The notes under the pieces are model-generated. The model searched no databases. It was not told where the DNA came from and worked only from the letters and a program-made list of their open reading frames with translations. The translations under genes and the position numbers were made by a program. A stretch of DNA of 64,000 bases, taken from Selaginella moellendorffii (lineage: Eukaryota; Plantae; Lycopodiophyta). Below are positions 26,930 to 39,419 of the stretch, piece by piece. How positions within the stretch are numbered: the first letter of the stretch is position 1; each line of letters starts with the position of its first letter. Where the stretch lies: contig NW_003314305.1 in the NCBI RefSeq assembly GCF_000143415.4, positions 191,325 to 255,324 on the forward strand, in the 5' to 3' direction.

Positions 26930-29900
26930 GATCTAGCAAAACAAGTCGAAAATGAAGGACAAGAGAGCAACTTCTAAGAGATTTTTCTTGAGAAGAGACC
27001 GAAGCAATTGCTCCTAGAGCACGAGGTCGTGTTTATTCAGGCCAGCACTCAAACAAATCGGGGCCGTCCACGACAATTCCCATTGACGTGAGCCCATCGC
27101 AGCCGCCCATTAACACTACCATGGCTTTCAGTGCCACTAGATTCGCGCCGATTCGCGCCCGTCGCGTACGGAATAAGACAACTGTACTTTCGTACATGGT
27201 CAACCATAGGGACGGATAACTATCGACACTGCATTGAATTGTTTCCTAGTCATCCTCATTCCCCCGGAGTGGTCATGCACAGACAATAAGAAATCTTGAG
27301 GCAACAAATCCGCGGCATGCATGAGACAGCTCAATTGGAATGAACCACGTACCTTACTATGCTTGGGTGAACGAAAAGTAACAGACGTTTGAAAGTTTCC
27401 AAACACCCGAAGAAAGCATGGAAACTCCAAAACCAAGAGTCACTTTAGCAAATCCTGGTGAAATATTTCTATAAAGCCACCTAAAGAATACTTGCATACC
27501 AAAACAGAAAGTCACTTCATCAGTTACCATCAAGGAATGTATCTTTAGATCCTTCTGAAGTATTTTTCATACTTGGGATTCTACAAAGCCCTCTGTCGTC
27601 TATGGGTAAATGGTTAAAACAGGATTTGAGTGAAGTTCTTTCTGTGATCGACCATTCTTTTCTCGTCTATTCCCATCCAGGAGGTGAGTAAATTCTTATG
27701 GTCTTCCACCATTTTCCCCAAGATCAAGCCATGATGGCATTCACGCATTACGCCTTACTTCCGTCCACTGCGCTGGATCCAACAGCCTCCATGCCCGAAA
27801 ATATGTGAAGATTGAAGTTGCTGGCCCAAGCCACAAGAGCAAAAATGCGAACACAAAAACACAATAGCCGGCAAAACGTGGGAGTTCGTCATTCGAGATT
27901 AGTGTGAAGGAAAGCGGGCTTCTTGGCGTTGTATGAAGGAGAAAAGGCGTTTCAGAAATCCTTGAACATAGTGTGATCAATGGCAGTGGGAGCTGGAGGA
28001 ACAGAGCTCTGGCCAGCCGCGGGTCAATGGGATTCTATGATGCAATCTACAAGGAGGGGAGGATCGAAACATCTGTAATGTCAACGTTTTCCATGATCTC
28101 CCCATGGTTCGTCCAAACCCTGCAAAAGTATATGGTTCGAGTGGCGTTGGTGATCTTGTTCTTGCAGAAAAAATTAATATTTATGTTGATGGTATTATTG
28201 CTGTTCCTTTTGTGCTTGCCTTCTCCATCACCTCCTTCCTCCACAGTCATCCATGTCTGAAAGAGTCACAATCGAAGATCTGGATGCTGGCTCTATCACT
28301 GCTGAAATCTCTATGAGCTCCAAACACAAGCAACTCTAAAACAGCCTTCATGACTATAGTAATAAGCTTTATAATTTTGCTGATTAATTGCTAGAGGCCA
28401 GAGGCCCTATATACTTCTAAAGTATGCATGGTCTTCTGCAAGTAACTGTATAAGATGTTTCAAGCATGATTTTGTTTTCCTATTAAATGCCAGGGCGTGG
28501 GTTCAAATCCCACTCTTGAAATGGAATTCAAATTATGCTAAGTATCGGTGCTCCTATTTTATTGTGTACATTGCTAGTTCCAACTCCAAATTGGAAGTCC
28601 AAATGGACCTTCAAATTAACGATGGTCGGCTCTCCAAACTCAAGCAAGCAGCGGGTGGCTACAATTCTCACCAGTTGCTTACTCCGTTGCCTGGCCAGCT
28701 GTGATAGACGATGCTGCCAGTTTCAACGCCAGTTTCCTCTCGAGTTTCACGTAACCTCCTCCAGACTTTCCTAGACCCTCTGGCTATAAAGAGAACAAAC
28801 AAGAGTATCTCCTAGAACAAATATGGAAAGCTTACCTCGATGAAACCAGCAAGACAACTTCACATTCGAGGAACGTACTTTGGTTGATGAGCAAGCAATG
28901 CTCTCCTTGATCTCTTTCTGGATCAATGACACGCATGATGACAATTTACATATTGAAGTTTTTGCTAGTTTTGTGCGAAGGAAACAAGAAGAAAGAAGAG
29001 GAAATTTAAGACATCCTCCATTTCCCCGATTCTAATAGGAAGAAGGCGACGCTCCGGGTCGGTTAGAATCGAGGATAAACCTATTTTGTAACTCGACCTC
29101 TTCTACGCACGCGACGAGGATCTGGCAGATTCTTCTTGGATTTTCTCGCATTGCTTGGGGCGGATCACTGCGTTGATCCGGGATGACAGCGTGGCCACAT
29201 TCGAGCTGGAATTCGCAAACCACCACCGCCGACGAGGTGAAATCTTGAATCTTCACGTCTCGGTGTCGGGGTGATTCTGGCAGTGACGTCACTGAGCAAC
29301 TGCTGCTCCTGGAGGATTTCGAGGATCTTGCGCCAGAGATCACTATTCCAGGGCTGTAATTCCGCGTTGCGGAAGATGTAGAGGCCCTGGCAAGCTCGCG
29401 CAGATTATCCAGGATTCCTCCATGAAGGACATCTATGGAAGATGATGACAACGATGATCATGAAGTTGCTGCTTGAATGCTTGAAGAAGTATCCTCCAGT
29501 GTGATGCTATCTTGTTGCTGCAAAGGCGTGGAGCAGCAGGATTCAAGACAATGACTTTGCTCCCTCAGGCGCTTCCCTGCTTCCATCCCCAGGCGACGGG
29601 TTTGAAGCATCTCTTTCCGTGTGGAGGATGAAGCTTGCAGCGCTTCTCAAGCCGCTAGAACTTCCTGGAGAGCTGATACAAGCTCCAGTGCACTGCCACG
29701 AGTGTCCAGTGTGGACGAGTTCCAGGGCGAGGAGAACACAATAATCCTTCTGTCGCTGGTGAGCCCTGGAAAGATCGGCTTCCTCCACATCGCTAGTGTA
29801 GCTCTCTGTCCCTGGGCCAGCGTCAAAGATAGGGAAGTGTTTATTTCTGAGTACAAATCCACTGCTATGCTTTATTGGTCATATGGAAGTGGTCTAGTGC

Positions 29901-31254
29901 ATTTTCACAAGTAGAATGCACACTCCAACGGCTTAAGTTAGAGGGTCACACTCCAAGATAGGTGAAGTTCACCATGATGTGGCTTCGAAGAAGATGGTCA
30001 ATCGGAAAACCACTTGGTGTCTTGGCAATTGAGTGGAAGAGTGCCTTAGGAGGAGTTTTGCATTCCTTAGAGCATAGTGGGTGGCTAGGAGGTGGAGGGA
30101 TTATGAGTAATGCAAGAGTTTTGTTTAGCTTTGTACTTTTTTAGTTTTTTTAACAAGGTTTTGAAATCATGTTTAGCATAAGCACTATCCTTCTCACCTC
30201 GTCTTTTGGTTTCTATAAATATTCTACACATTCTCAAGCACAGTATTCTTTGTGACTCCAGAAACTATCCTCTTAAAGAGCCATTTGTTGAACTTCTCAA
30301 GGGAAACTTGCATACATTTCTGAATTGTTATCCTATGGGATCCTTGGGTCATATCTAGTGGGGAAGGAGAGATGGAGCCAATAAGATTAAGCCATCTCAG
30401 CAAAAAGTGACATTGTTCTTTTAGACCTAAACAATTTTCCTCCCCAATGGCTTTATGGGAGTGTGATTCCATTGTGGGGGTAGTGGGTTCTTCAACATTC
30501 AAGGTAAGAAAATTGGCTAGATAGGCTTGAGAAATTTAGGCATTCTTAAAACCCTGAATACAGCCATTTCTGAAAGATCTTAGAGAATGTTGTCCCACTG
30601 GTGAGAGTTTCCTTCTCTCATTTTCTCTTGACACAGCCAACAGTGGGAAATGATGACATCATTATGTCCAATGCTTAATTTAAACAAGTATTTCATTGCT
30701 ATGTATTCTAAGTAGTATATTAGAATATACATTTAAAGACAAATCACTATGCTCTTCACACTAATAAATTTAGTGTCCTATTTATTAGTGCCTTAAACCT
30801 AAACCTCTACTACTTGTGTCTAGTTAAAATTCATGGGTGTAGCATTTTCCATTTTATCAAAGGCAAGTTTTGATTTCCACTCAAAGCTGAGCAAGTAATC
30901 CAAAGAAGAATTGCAAAAGTGATTGTGCCCCATAAATCACATGGCTTATATACTTTTCAAAACTCAATAGCTTTGTTGAAGTGACTATGTTAATCACACT
31001 ATTATTAGCTAACATACTATAGTGTAGACCATCCCTTTGACTTTGAAAGGCAACGTAGTCTATTCTTTTGAAGTGTTGAATAAAGTTGCTCTTTCATATT
31101 ACAAGGTTTATACTAAAGTTCATACAAATCGAAATGTTAATATATGCCAACTTTGTTATTCTTGAAGAAGAATTGATTGTCTTCCTGCAATCAAAATATT
31201 AATATGTATAATCTTATTCAATTGCTAGAACAATCAAAATGTTCAATTTTGTTA

Positions 31255-31282
31255 CTCTCTCTCTCTCTCTCTCTCTCTCTCT
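31255..31282. repeat. (CT)n microsatellite
   Basis: Direct reading of the sequence. Confidence 0.95.
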
Positions 31283-31934
31283 AAACGAAGTGAAAGTGAA
31301 AGTGATAAATGATGAGCTGATTAGCTTCTCCAAGTTAGAAATGCTGAAATTTTTTAAAATTTACCATCTTTACCCTTTAACTCCATTTTATTACCTCATA
31401 CATAATTAATTTATTCATATCTCCATCAGTAAGACTATGCAACGGCCATGTCTCGTCTTAAAAAATGGTGCTACTAAATATTTTAGATTGTGAAATGTGA
31501 TGGGACAATTTAAAGAAACAAGAGTTTTTATCCCACATATGACACTAATGCTATCAAACATAAAAATTCTATTCAAAATGTGTAAAAGGCAATTTCCAAT
31601 CCATTTAGGTTATTGCTTAACAATCTCTAAATGCCAAAAACATACATTTGACTAAGTTAGAGTTTATTTGCCCCACCCAATTTTCACTCAAATTTATGTA
31701 ACTTTATCAAAATGCACATCACTTAGAATTAAAATTCAAACTTTCCTCAACATCCCTTTGTTTTCATAAAGAGGTTTTATATTAAACCTCTTTCTAAACC
31801 GCCGAGCCTGAATTTAATTATGCTTAGAATATACTCCCAGCTCTCATTTCTTAAAGCACACATCATCCACCTTGAAAAGGCTTTGGGCAATCGTGGTAAT
31901 ATAGGGTGAATGTGTGTCACAAAGCACTAAGCAA

Positions 31935-32699
31935 TCACGATTCATCAGCACCAGACGAGGACGCGACCGTGATCCCGTGCTTGACAAGCAGCTTGTTGAG
32001 ATTGGCAGCCGAACAAACCTCGTACTTGACCGCCCCGCTCTCGGGCACCACATACAGCTCCGCCAGCTCCAGCTTCTCCGCCGAGAGGCTGGTGCTATCC
32101 ATCGTCTTGCTCAAAACCTTGAGCGCCAGAGCCACCGCCTCCTCCCTCGTGATCTCATCCTTGTAGTCTTGCTTGAGCATCGACTGCGCGGCCTGGTTGT
32201 TCGCCCCGATCGCCCCCGCCTTCCATCCGCCATAGTTGCCGCTGGGATCGCTCATGTAGAGCTGGAAGCCATAGCTCGAGTCGTAGCCGGCGAAGATGAA
32301 CGACACCCCGAATGGGCGGAGGCCGCCAAACTGCGTGTAGCCTTGCTTGGTATCGCACAGCGATCGAACGAGCTGCTCCACGGGCATGGGCTCCTGGTAC
32401 GAGAGCGTGTAGCCCTGGGCGGCGACTCGGGCGGTGTTGATGAGGATGTTGGCGTCGGCCATGATCCCTGCCACCGCCGCCGCGACGTGCCCATCGATCT
32501 TGTACATCTTCTCTGTGGATCGCGACGCGGCGAGGAGCTTCGATGTGACGCGCTTCTCCGCCGCCAGGACGACGCCGTCGCGAGCCAAAACCCCAATCGC
32601 AGCGCCCGCGTTGCTGATCGCCTCCATGGCGTACTCTACCTGGTAAAGCCGCCCCTCGGGCGAGAAGATCGTGGTGCGACTGTCATACCGCCTCGACAT
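31935..32699 (-). CDS. PAC1: 20S proteasome subunit alpha type-4 (alpha3), intronless
   Basis: [28 protein letters not shown]; complete 254-aa ORF. Confidence 0.97.
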   Translation of the reverse strand: MSRRYDSRTTIFSPEGRLYQVEYAMEAISNAGAAIGVLARDGVVLAAEKRVTSKLLAASRSTEKMYKIDGHVAAAVAGIMADANILINTARVAAQGYTLSYQEPMPVEQLVRSLCDTKQGYTQFGGLRPFGVSFIFAGYDSSYGFQLYMSDPSGNYGGWKAGAIGANNQAAQSMLKQDYKDEITREEAVALALKVLSKTMDSTSLSAEKLELAELYVVPESGAVKYEVCSAANLNKLLVKHGITVASSSGADES

Positions 32700-32838
32700 T
32701 CTTGCTTGCTCGCTCTCCTTCGCCCTAGCCCGGATCCTCTCAAGAACCCTAAACTTTGATTAGGAATAATGCCAAGAATGTTCAAAGGATATGCTTAGAA
32801 ATATTCGTTAGCATATTCGATTTTCAATTTCGGCAATT

Positions 32839-35148
32839 TCATCCATAGCTATGCATGCACACGATACAATCACCACACGCTGGTCCTTTTTTCTCCATCG
32901 GCAAAGACACGTCGCCTCCCACTGCCAAGAACAAGCGAAAGAAGGAATGAGAGAAGGGATGAGAATGGAAGTTTGTTCGTACCCATCGTGTAAGAAGCGG
33001 TCGGAAGATTGAGAACTGTGGTCTTGATCTTGGTCATCAAGTTGATGCTGTTCGTGACCCCTTGTGATCCCACGCCGCTCTCACGGATTCCCTGCGAAAC
33101 ATCCAGAAAATTATAGTCACAATGCATTGCTTTTCGAATTATAACTCGACCTGGAAAGGGAAGTGATCGGGACCACGAGCCGGAGCGGAATTTATTTGGA
33201 TCGTTCCGCTTTCCATGGCATCGCTCAGGAGCATAGCTTTATTGATATCGGATGTGAAAACACAGCCCTGCCACGGGAAAACGAAAGGACGTAACCTTCT
33301 TTTGGTTTCCATCGGGAATATGAGCTTACTTGGAGTCCATATTTGCTAGAGTTGCAGTGCTTGACGCCTTCTTCTGGAGTCTTGATGCGCATGACCGGTA
33401 TCACGGGGCCAAAAGGCTCCTCCCACGCGATTCTCATGTCCGTTGTTACGTTATCGATCAGCAATGGCCATATCAGGTTCCCTTGCCTCTTCCATTCCTG
33501 TCGTGAAAATTCTTTTCAAGCTGACTCATCCAAAAGGAAGTTATGACCGACTTGCCTGGCAAAGCTTCGCATTCTTGGCTTTTGCATCCGTGACCAGGCC
33601 TTCGATAAAATTTGCCGACGCTTCAGTCACAACGGGGACAATATCACAGTTGTTCTCAGGAGGCCCAACTTTCAGCTTTGCCACCTTTGCATTCACGCTG
33701 GAAACCAGCTTGTCTGCTACGGATTCCATCACCAGCACGACTTTAACTGCCGTACAGCGCTGCCCACTGCAAGCATGAGCATTTTCAGACCAAATTGAGG
33801 GACAAAATACAAAAGTATGCACCTGAAGGAAAAGCCTCCTTTTATAATGTTCGTCGCTGCCAGTTCAATGTCGCCATCCTCAAGAACAATCATAGCATCC
33901 TTCCCACCAAGCTCCATTTGCAGCGGCACCATTCCAGCCTTCTTTGATATCGACATCCCAGTGTCACAGCCACCCGTAAAACTGCACATTGAAACCAATA
34001 ACCAAATACTTCTATAAGAGAAACCAGCCTACAGAAACATTTCTTACCTGATGCAGTTTACTAGAGGATGGGTGGTAACATAATCGCCAAGCTCTGATGC
34101 TTTGATCGGAACACACGAAAGTAGCCCCTTTGGAAATCCTGCCAGGTGAAAGCAATGCATCATGTGTAACGTTGACACCGAGCCCTGCGTCGGTGGCTTG
34201 ACCACTACAGCATTTCCAGCAATGAGAGCGGGACCGATCTTTGAGCAAGTCAAGTTCACGGGATAATTGAATGGAGGAATCGCCAGAATGACTCCAAGAG
34301 GGGCCTGCGAAAGGAGTTAAATCAAACTACTGTAGCTCATAGAAAAGAAAGAACAAAGACCAACCTTCGAAGCAAGGCACAGCTTGTTCCTTGGATTTCC
34401 GGGAAAAGAATCCGAGAAGAGAAACTTTCCCTCGGAGAGTATCCTGATTCCTTCCGCAGTGTAGGACAGCAAATCTGCGGAGCGAACAACCTGAAAAGCC
34501 CAATCAAACGAGTCTGGAAATGCTGCTTACTTTGCAGGATCAACGTTTTTTTATGAGACCTCGGTGACGGAATCCTTGGCTGGCTTGGCCACTTCTTTCA
34601 CCAGACACTCGGCGATCGGTCCCTTGTTCTTTCTCATGATCTCTGCCACCTTGTGGAGCATTTCGGCTCGCTTGTAGAGCGGAGTCTTGGCCCATATCTT
34701 CTGTGCCGCCTTCGCACTTTGGAAAGCTTGGTTCACCTCATCCTTAGAACAAGCTACAGTGACAAGAAGAAGAAGGAAAAAAAAAAAAATCAGCTCATGT
34801 TCAGAGAAAACTAAGAAAAGATCGAGTGTAAGCAGCAAAGAATGCTATATAGCTACATTCTAGTACCCGAACCATGCAATGCTTCTATCGGTTAACAATC
34901 TCCTGCACGAACCATGCAATGCTTATCGGCTAGAATGGATGCTATAGCTGCAATGCTGCTACCAATCTCTAGAATGGATGCTATAGCTACATTCCAGCAC
35001 CTGTGATCTTGTAAGCTTGCTTCCCAGCCACTGTGGGATTGTAGACGTATGAAATATTCCCGGACGAGGAGAGCCGCCAATGTCCATCGGCGTAGAATTT
35101 GTAGACATCGCCTTCGATTATCTCCTTGAATGTGCCGGTCCCGGCCAT
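32839..35148 (-). CDS. GAPN: Non-phosphorylating NADP-dependent glyceraldehyde-3-phosphate dehydrogenase (ALDH11), multi-exon
   Basis: [19 protein letters not shown] start at 35148; [53 protein letters not shown]. The 3' end is uncertain (stop at 32870 unspliced or ~32839 if spliced). Confidence 0.93.
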
Positions 35149-35343
35149 TCTCCCACCGGCGCCGCCTCGCCAAGCGACATAGCTCCTCCTCTTTCTCTTG
35201 CCCGCCCTAAAACATGCTCAAAGGTCCCCGTTTCGAATCCTGGAAGAAAAGGCGCGAAAATTCTAATTGCATATTCGAGAATCTCCTGGAAAAGCGAGCA
35301 TTCTAATTCTTTGCGTTTAGGGCTAGGGCTCTTGGCTGGAAGC
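35149..35343. promoter_or_regulatory. Probable bidirectional promoter, GAPN / CDS
   Basis: Two divergent start codons only ~195 bp apart. Confidence 0.6.
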
Positions 35344-37234
35344 ATGCAGCCCGACGGAGAGGACGCCATGGCGTTGCCATCGCCAGCTGCGGCGGCGCTC
35401 GTCGCCACCGCCAGCGTCGCGACGCAAGCTGCCGTGGCGAGGCAGCGGCATCGCAAGCGCAGCCACGAGGAATCGCGAGTAAGCTCTACTCCTTCTAGGT
35501 CTAGATTTTCCAAGAATGCGATTGAAATCTCGATTGCCAGAGCGCGGATTTCGGTAGAACAAATGGGGAGCTTCTTGTGGACGATCGCAACAAGTACCGG
35601 AGCATGAGGACTCGAGTCCAGTCGTCGGTGCTCATGATCGGTGGCTTTGCGCTCATCGTCTATCTCGGCCACCTCTTCATCGCCTTGATGATCGTGGTCA
35701 TCCAGGTGCTCATGGCCAAAGAGCTTTTCACGCTCGCGAGAGCTTCTCACAGGGAACGAGATGGACAGCCGGGCTTTATTAGGCTTAATTGGTACGTATA
35801 TTTTTTTTGTTTCTTCTTTGCATATCAGGCTTCCACACCTTGATCTTGTGCAGGTACTTTTTCTTCACAGCCATGGTATATGCCTACGGTAGGTTCTTGA
35901 AAAAGCAGTTTGTGAATACCATCTCATCCGACAAGATTCTCCTCATGATCTTCAGCGGGCTCATCAAGTATCACACGATGATCTGCTATCTGATCTATAT
36001 CACAGGTTTGTTGTTTTCTGACAGCGTGTAGCTGATATTCTACTGTTTCTTGTAGGATTCGTTTCGTTTATCCTCACCCTTAAGAAGCGGATGTATCGGC
36101 AACAGTTTGGAGAGTTTGCTTGGACGCATATGATACTGTTCGTCGTTTTCGCGCAGTCGTCTTTCACTGTCGCAAATATTTTCGAAGGCATAATATGGTC
36201 AGTGCGGCGTCAGTTCACTTTATTTTACTCTGTCTCTCACGTCCAATGTCGTAGGTTTCTTCTCCCGGTCTCGCTGATCGTGATCAACGATATTGCTGCC
36301 TACTTGTTTGGATTCTTTTTTGGACGAACGCCTCTTATAAAGCTGTCGCCGAAGAAGACTTGGGAGGGCTTTATTGGTGCTTCTGTCACGACTATAATAT
36401 CTGCTTTTTTGGTAAGACCACGAGTGAGAATATTTGCAGTAGATTTTACTGTTGTAATTGTAGCTGGCAGATATCATGGGAAGGTCACAATGGCTGATTT
36501 GCCCTCGGAAGGTAGCCCAAACTACCTTAGTCAATTTCTAATTTGAAGCCAACAGTGGAAGTATCTTTGTAGGATTTGACAGTGAGTTGGCTGGAGTGCG
36601 ATCCGGATCCCGTGTTTAAGGATGTTCAATATCAACTTCCGTCCTGGATAACCTTTGTGGTAAGGGAATTCTTGTCCTTGCTGTAGAGTCACATTTCTCT
36701 TTGGCAGACACGCCGGGAGTACGTAGAGGTGATGCCTTTGCAAATTCATGCACTTGTGTTTGGATTGTTTGCCTCGAGCATTGCCCCCTTCGGTGGATTT
36801 TTTGCCAGTGGCTTCAAAAGAGCATTCAAGATAAAGGTACGATTTAGCTTGGCATGCAGCTTGTGAGCATTTACGCTAACCACCGTTGCACAGGACTTTG
36901 GAGACAGCATTCCCGGGCATGGAGGAATGACAGACCGCATGGACTGCCAGGCATGTCACTTTTCCTCAGATTTTGTGAACCGTTGTTTTGCTCATACTTT
37001 GCGAACCGCAGATGGTTATGGCCGTGTTCTCGTACATTTACCTCCAGTCCTTCATTACTTCACACAACTACACTGTAGAAAGCTTTCTGGCGCAGGTATT
37101 CGAAGTTATTTTCTTGCCCACTCCTCATCTTGCTTCTGGTGTTTGGTTTTGAGAAGATTCTAGCCCATCTTTCCAAGGAGGAGCTGATAGAACTCCACTT
37201 ACGGCTTACAAATATCCTGCTGCAGCAGAACTAA
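35344..37234 (+). CDS. CDS: Phosphatidate cytidylyltransferase (CDP-DAG synthase), multi-exon
   Basis: [80 protein letters not shown]; stop TAA at 37232-37234. Confidence 0.95.
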
Positions 37235-37647
37235 AACTAGTAAGTATGTGGATTTAGTCCCGACCAAGTAATTATTTCCGTATCACGCAGGCTTTTGTGG
37301 TCACTTGTAGGAGCTGCTGTACATTGTACTGTAACTTCTAGGCTGGTGTATAGCTTTTACGTTGCGAGAATCGATTCAAGTAGCATATATACCTGTTCTT
37401 CGTTATTCAACGTGGCGACTATCTGCCACGCGTCACGCGCTAACTGCTGACACAAATCGGACGGCCCACTGGTCGACAAGTGTTAGTCGTCAAAATGGTC
37501 ACTTTCCGCAACGAATCGCATACTAGGTCTGCTTTTCTCATTCTCGAGCTCCAGGAGGTAAGCTCCATTGTGAGAGTCTGTAGCGTAGTTTCTCTATCTG
37601 ATGTGATCTTTGTTCCTTGGCAGTTTCTTAAGCTCTAGTCCACCAAA

Positions 37648-39153
37648 ATGGCCAATGGAGGGACCGATGTCAAGCAAGGCCCCAAAATACTCCTGGAGAA
37701 GGTGCCACACCTCAAGAGCTTCCTCCCGGACTTGCGATCCTATCCCAACCCGCTCTACCAGAACAGTTACTTCCATCCAGTTCCGGGGTTTTTCGTCACG
37801 GACAGGGAGGCCATCGCCCAGAACATCGTCATGGACGTTGACAAGCCGGTCGATCAAAACCAGCGCTACTTTGCTCGGGCAGGGCCTCGAGAGCGCGTCT
37901 TCTTCGAAGGCGAGGAAGTGAAAGTTGCCATCGTGACGTGCGGTGGCTTGTGCCCGGGGATGAACACGGTCATTCGCGAGCTGGTGAACGGTCTGTGGTA
38001 TCAGTATCACGTACGTGATATTAGGGGGATTCAGGCTGGCTACCGGGGATTCTTCTCTTCGGAGCACGTCCCGCTGACACCCAAGGTTGTGGATCACTGG
38101 CACAAGCAGGGAGGAACCAGGCTGGGAACTTCCAGGGGTGGCTTCGACTTGCAGAAGATTGTGAACGCGATCCAGGATCGAGGCTACAACATTGTTTTCC
38201 TCATTGGAGGGGATGGAACTCTTCGTGGTGCTGTGGAAATCTTCAACGAGATCAATAAGCGCTCGCTCAAAGTCTCCATAGCTTGTATCCCGAAGACTGT
38301 GGACAACGATGTCGGCATAATTGACAGGTATCCTAGATTAAAAAAACGAACTTTTCTTCTTCTTTTTCCTTTCGTTTTCGACAAGTGTGAGTAACTTTAC
38401 GCGCTGGTGCGCAGATCATTTGGTCTCCAGACTGCTGTGGAGGTGGCACAGGAAGCCATTAGTGCAGCTCATGTCGAGGCGGAAAGCACTCCAAACGGCG
38501 TCGGGCTTGTCAAGGTTATGGGACGCTACGCCGGCCACATCGCCGTGAATGCAACGCTGAGCAGCAGGGACGTGGACTGTTGCCTCATTCCGGAGATCAA
38601 GTTCTTCACGCAGGGCCAAGGTGGACTCTTCGAATTCATGGAGCAGCGGCTGATGGACAACGGGCACTGCGTCATCGTCATGGCGGAGGGTGCCGGGCAG
38701 GACTTGCTGGACGAGAACTTGAAGGAGTCGACCAAGGATGAATCCGGCAACGTCTTGCTCCGGGACATCGGACTCTGGCTCAGCACCGAGTTCAAGAAGT
38801 GGTGGAAGGAGAAGCACCCGGACAAACTCTTCGCCGTCAAGTACATCGATCCGACTTACATGGTTCGTGCCGTCCCAAGCAACGCGACCGACACTCTCTA
38901 CTGCACCATTCTCGCTCACTCGGCGATTCACGGGGCCATGGCTGGCTACACGGGCTTCGTCGCAGGCCCAGTGAACGGGAACTACTGCTACATCCCTCTG
39001 GAGCTGGTTGCGGTGACCAAGAATCCAGTGGACGTGAACAATCCATCGTGGGCGTGGGTGCGATCGGTGAACAACCAGCCAGACTTTGTTCCTCCGGGCG
39101 ATGATCGTCACAAGGCGCAAGAGAAGGCCGTCCAAGCCAACTTAACACATTGA
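37648..39153 (+). CDS. PFK: ATP-dependent 6-phosphofructokinase (PFK2-like, one coding intron 38328-38415)
   Basis: AIVTCGGLCPGMN, GTSRGG, IGGDGT, IPKTVDNDV, VMGR, YIDPTYMVRA. GGDG indicates the ATP-type. Likely 5'UTR intron at 37558-37623. Confidence 0.95.
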
Positions 39154-39204
39154 TGTGGTTTGGCACAAAATAAAAGAGCTATGTTCTTGTTTAGAACAAT
39201 AAGC

Positions 39205-39330
39205 ATCCAACGGTTGATTTTTAAACTATTTTAGGGTATCCCATCCAACGGCTGACTTTTATAGGAAATTAGGGCCTCATCCAACGATTGATTTTTAAAG
39301 GATAGGAGTAGCCTTATCCAACGGTTGAGT
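39205..39330. repeat. Four spaced copies of ATCCAACG(G/A)YTGA (MSA-like motif or small MITE)
   Basis: catccaacggttgat (39205), catccaacggctgac (39242), catccaacgattgat (39278), tatccaacggttgag (39315). Confidence 0.7.
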
Positions 39331-39419
39331 ATGCTCAACGTGGCACAAAGATGCCTCTGCCACGTGTTACGTTTAATTAATCAATAATAATACTGTTACG
39401 GTAGTTAAGTGGAATACTT

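Noticed and set aside
27700-30500. Short ORFs and coding-like minus-strand stretch
   Set aside because: Interrupted by stops, and no family recognised with confidence
31914-32759. 281-aa plus-strand ORF and similar long antisense ORFs over PFK, vWA and the pseudoprotease genes
   Set aside because: Antisense shadows of GC-rich coding sequence with no independent motifs
39205-39330. CRISPR-like spaced repeats
   Set aside because: Eukaryotic context, repeats too short and degenerate, no cas genes
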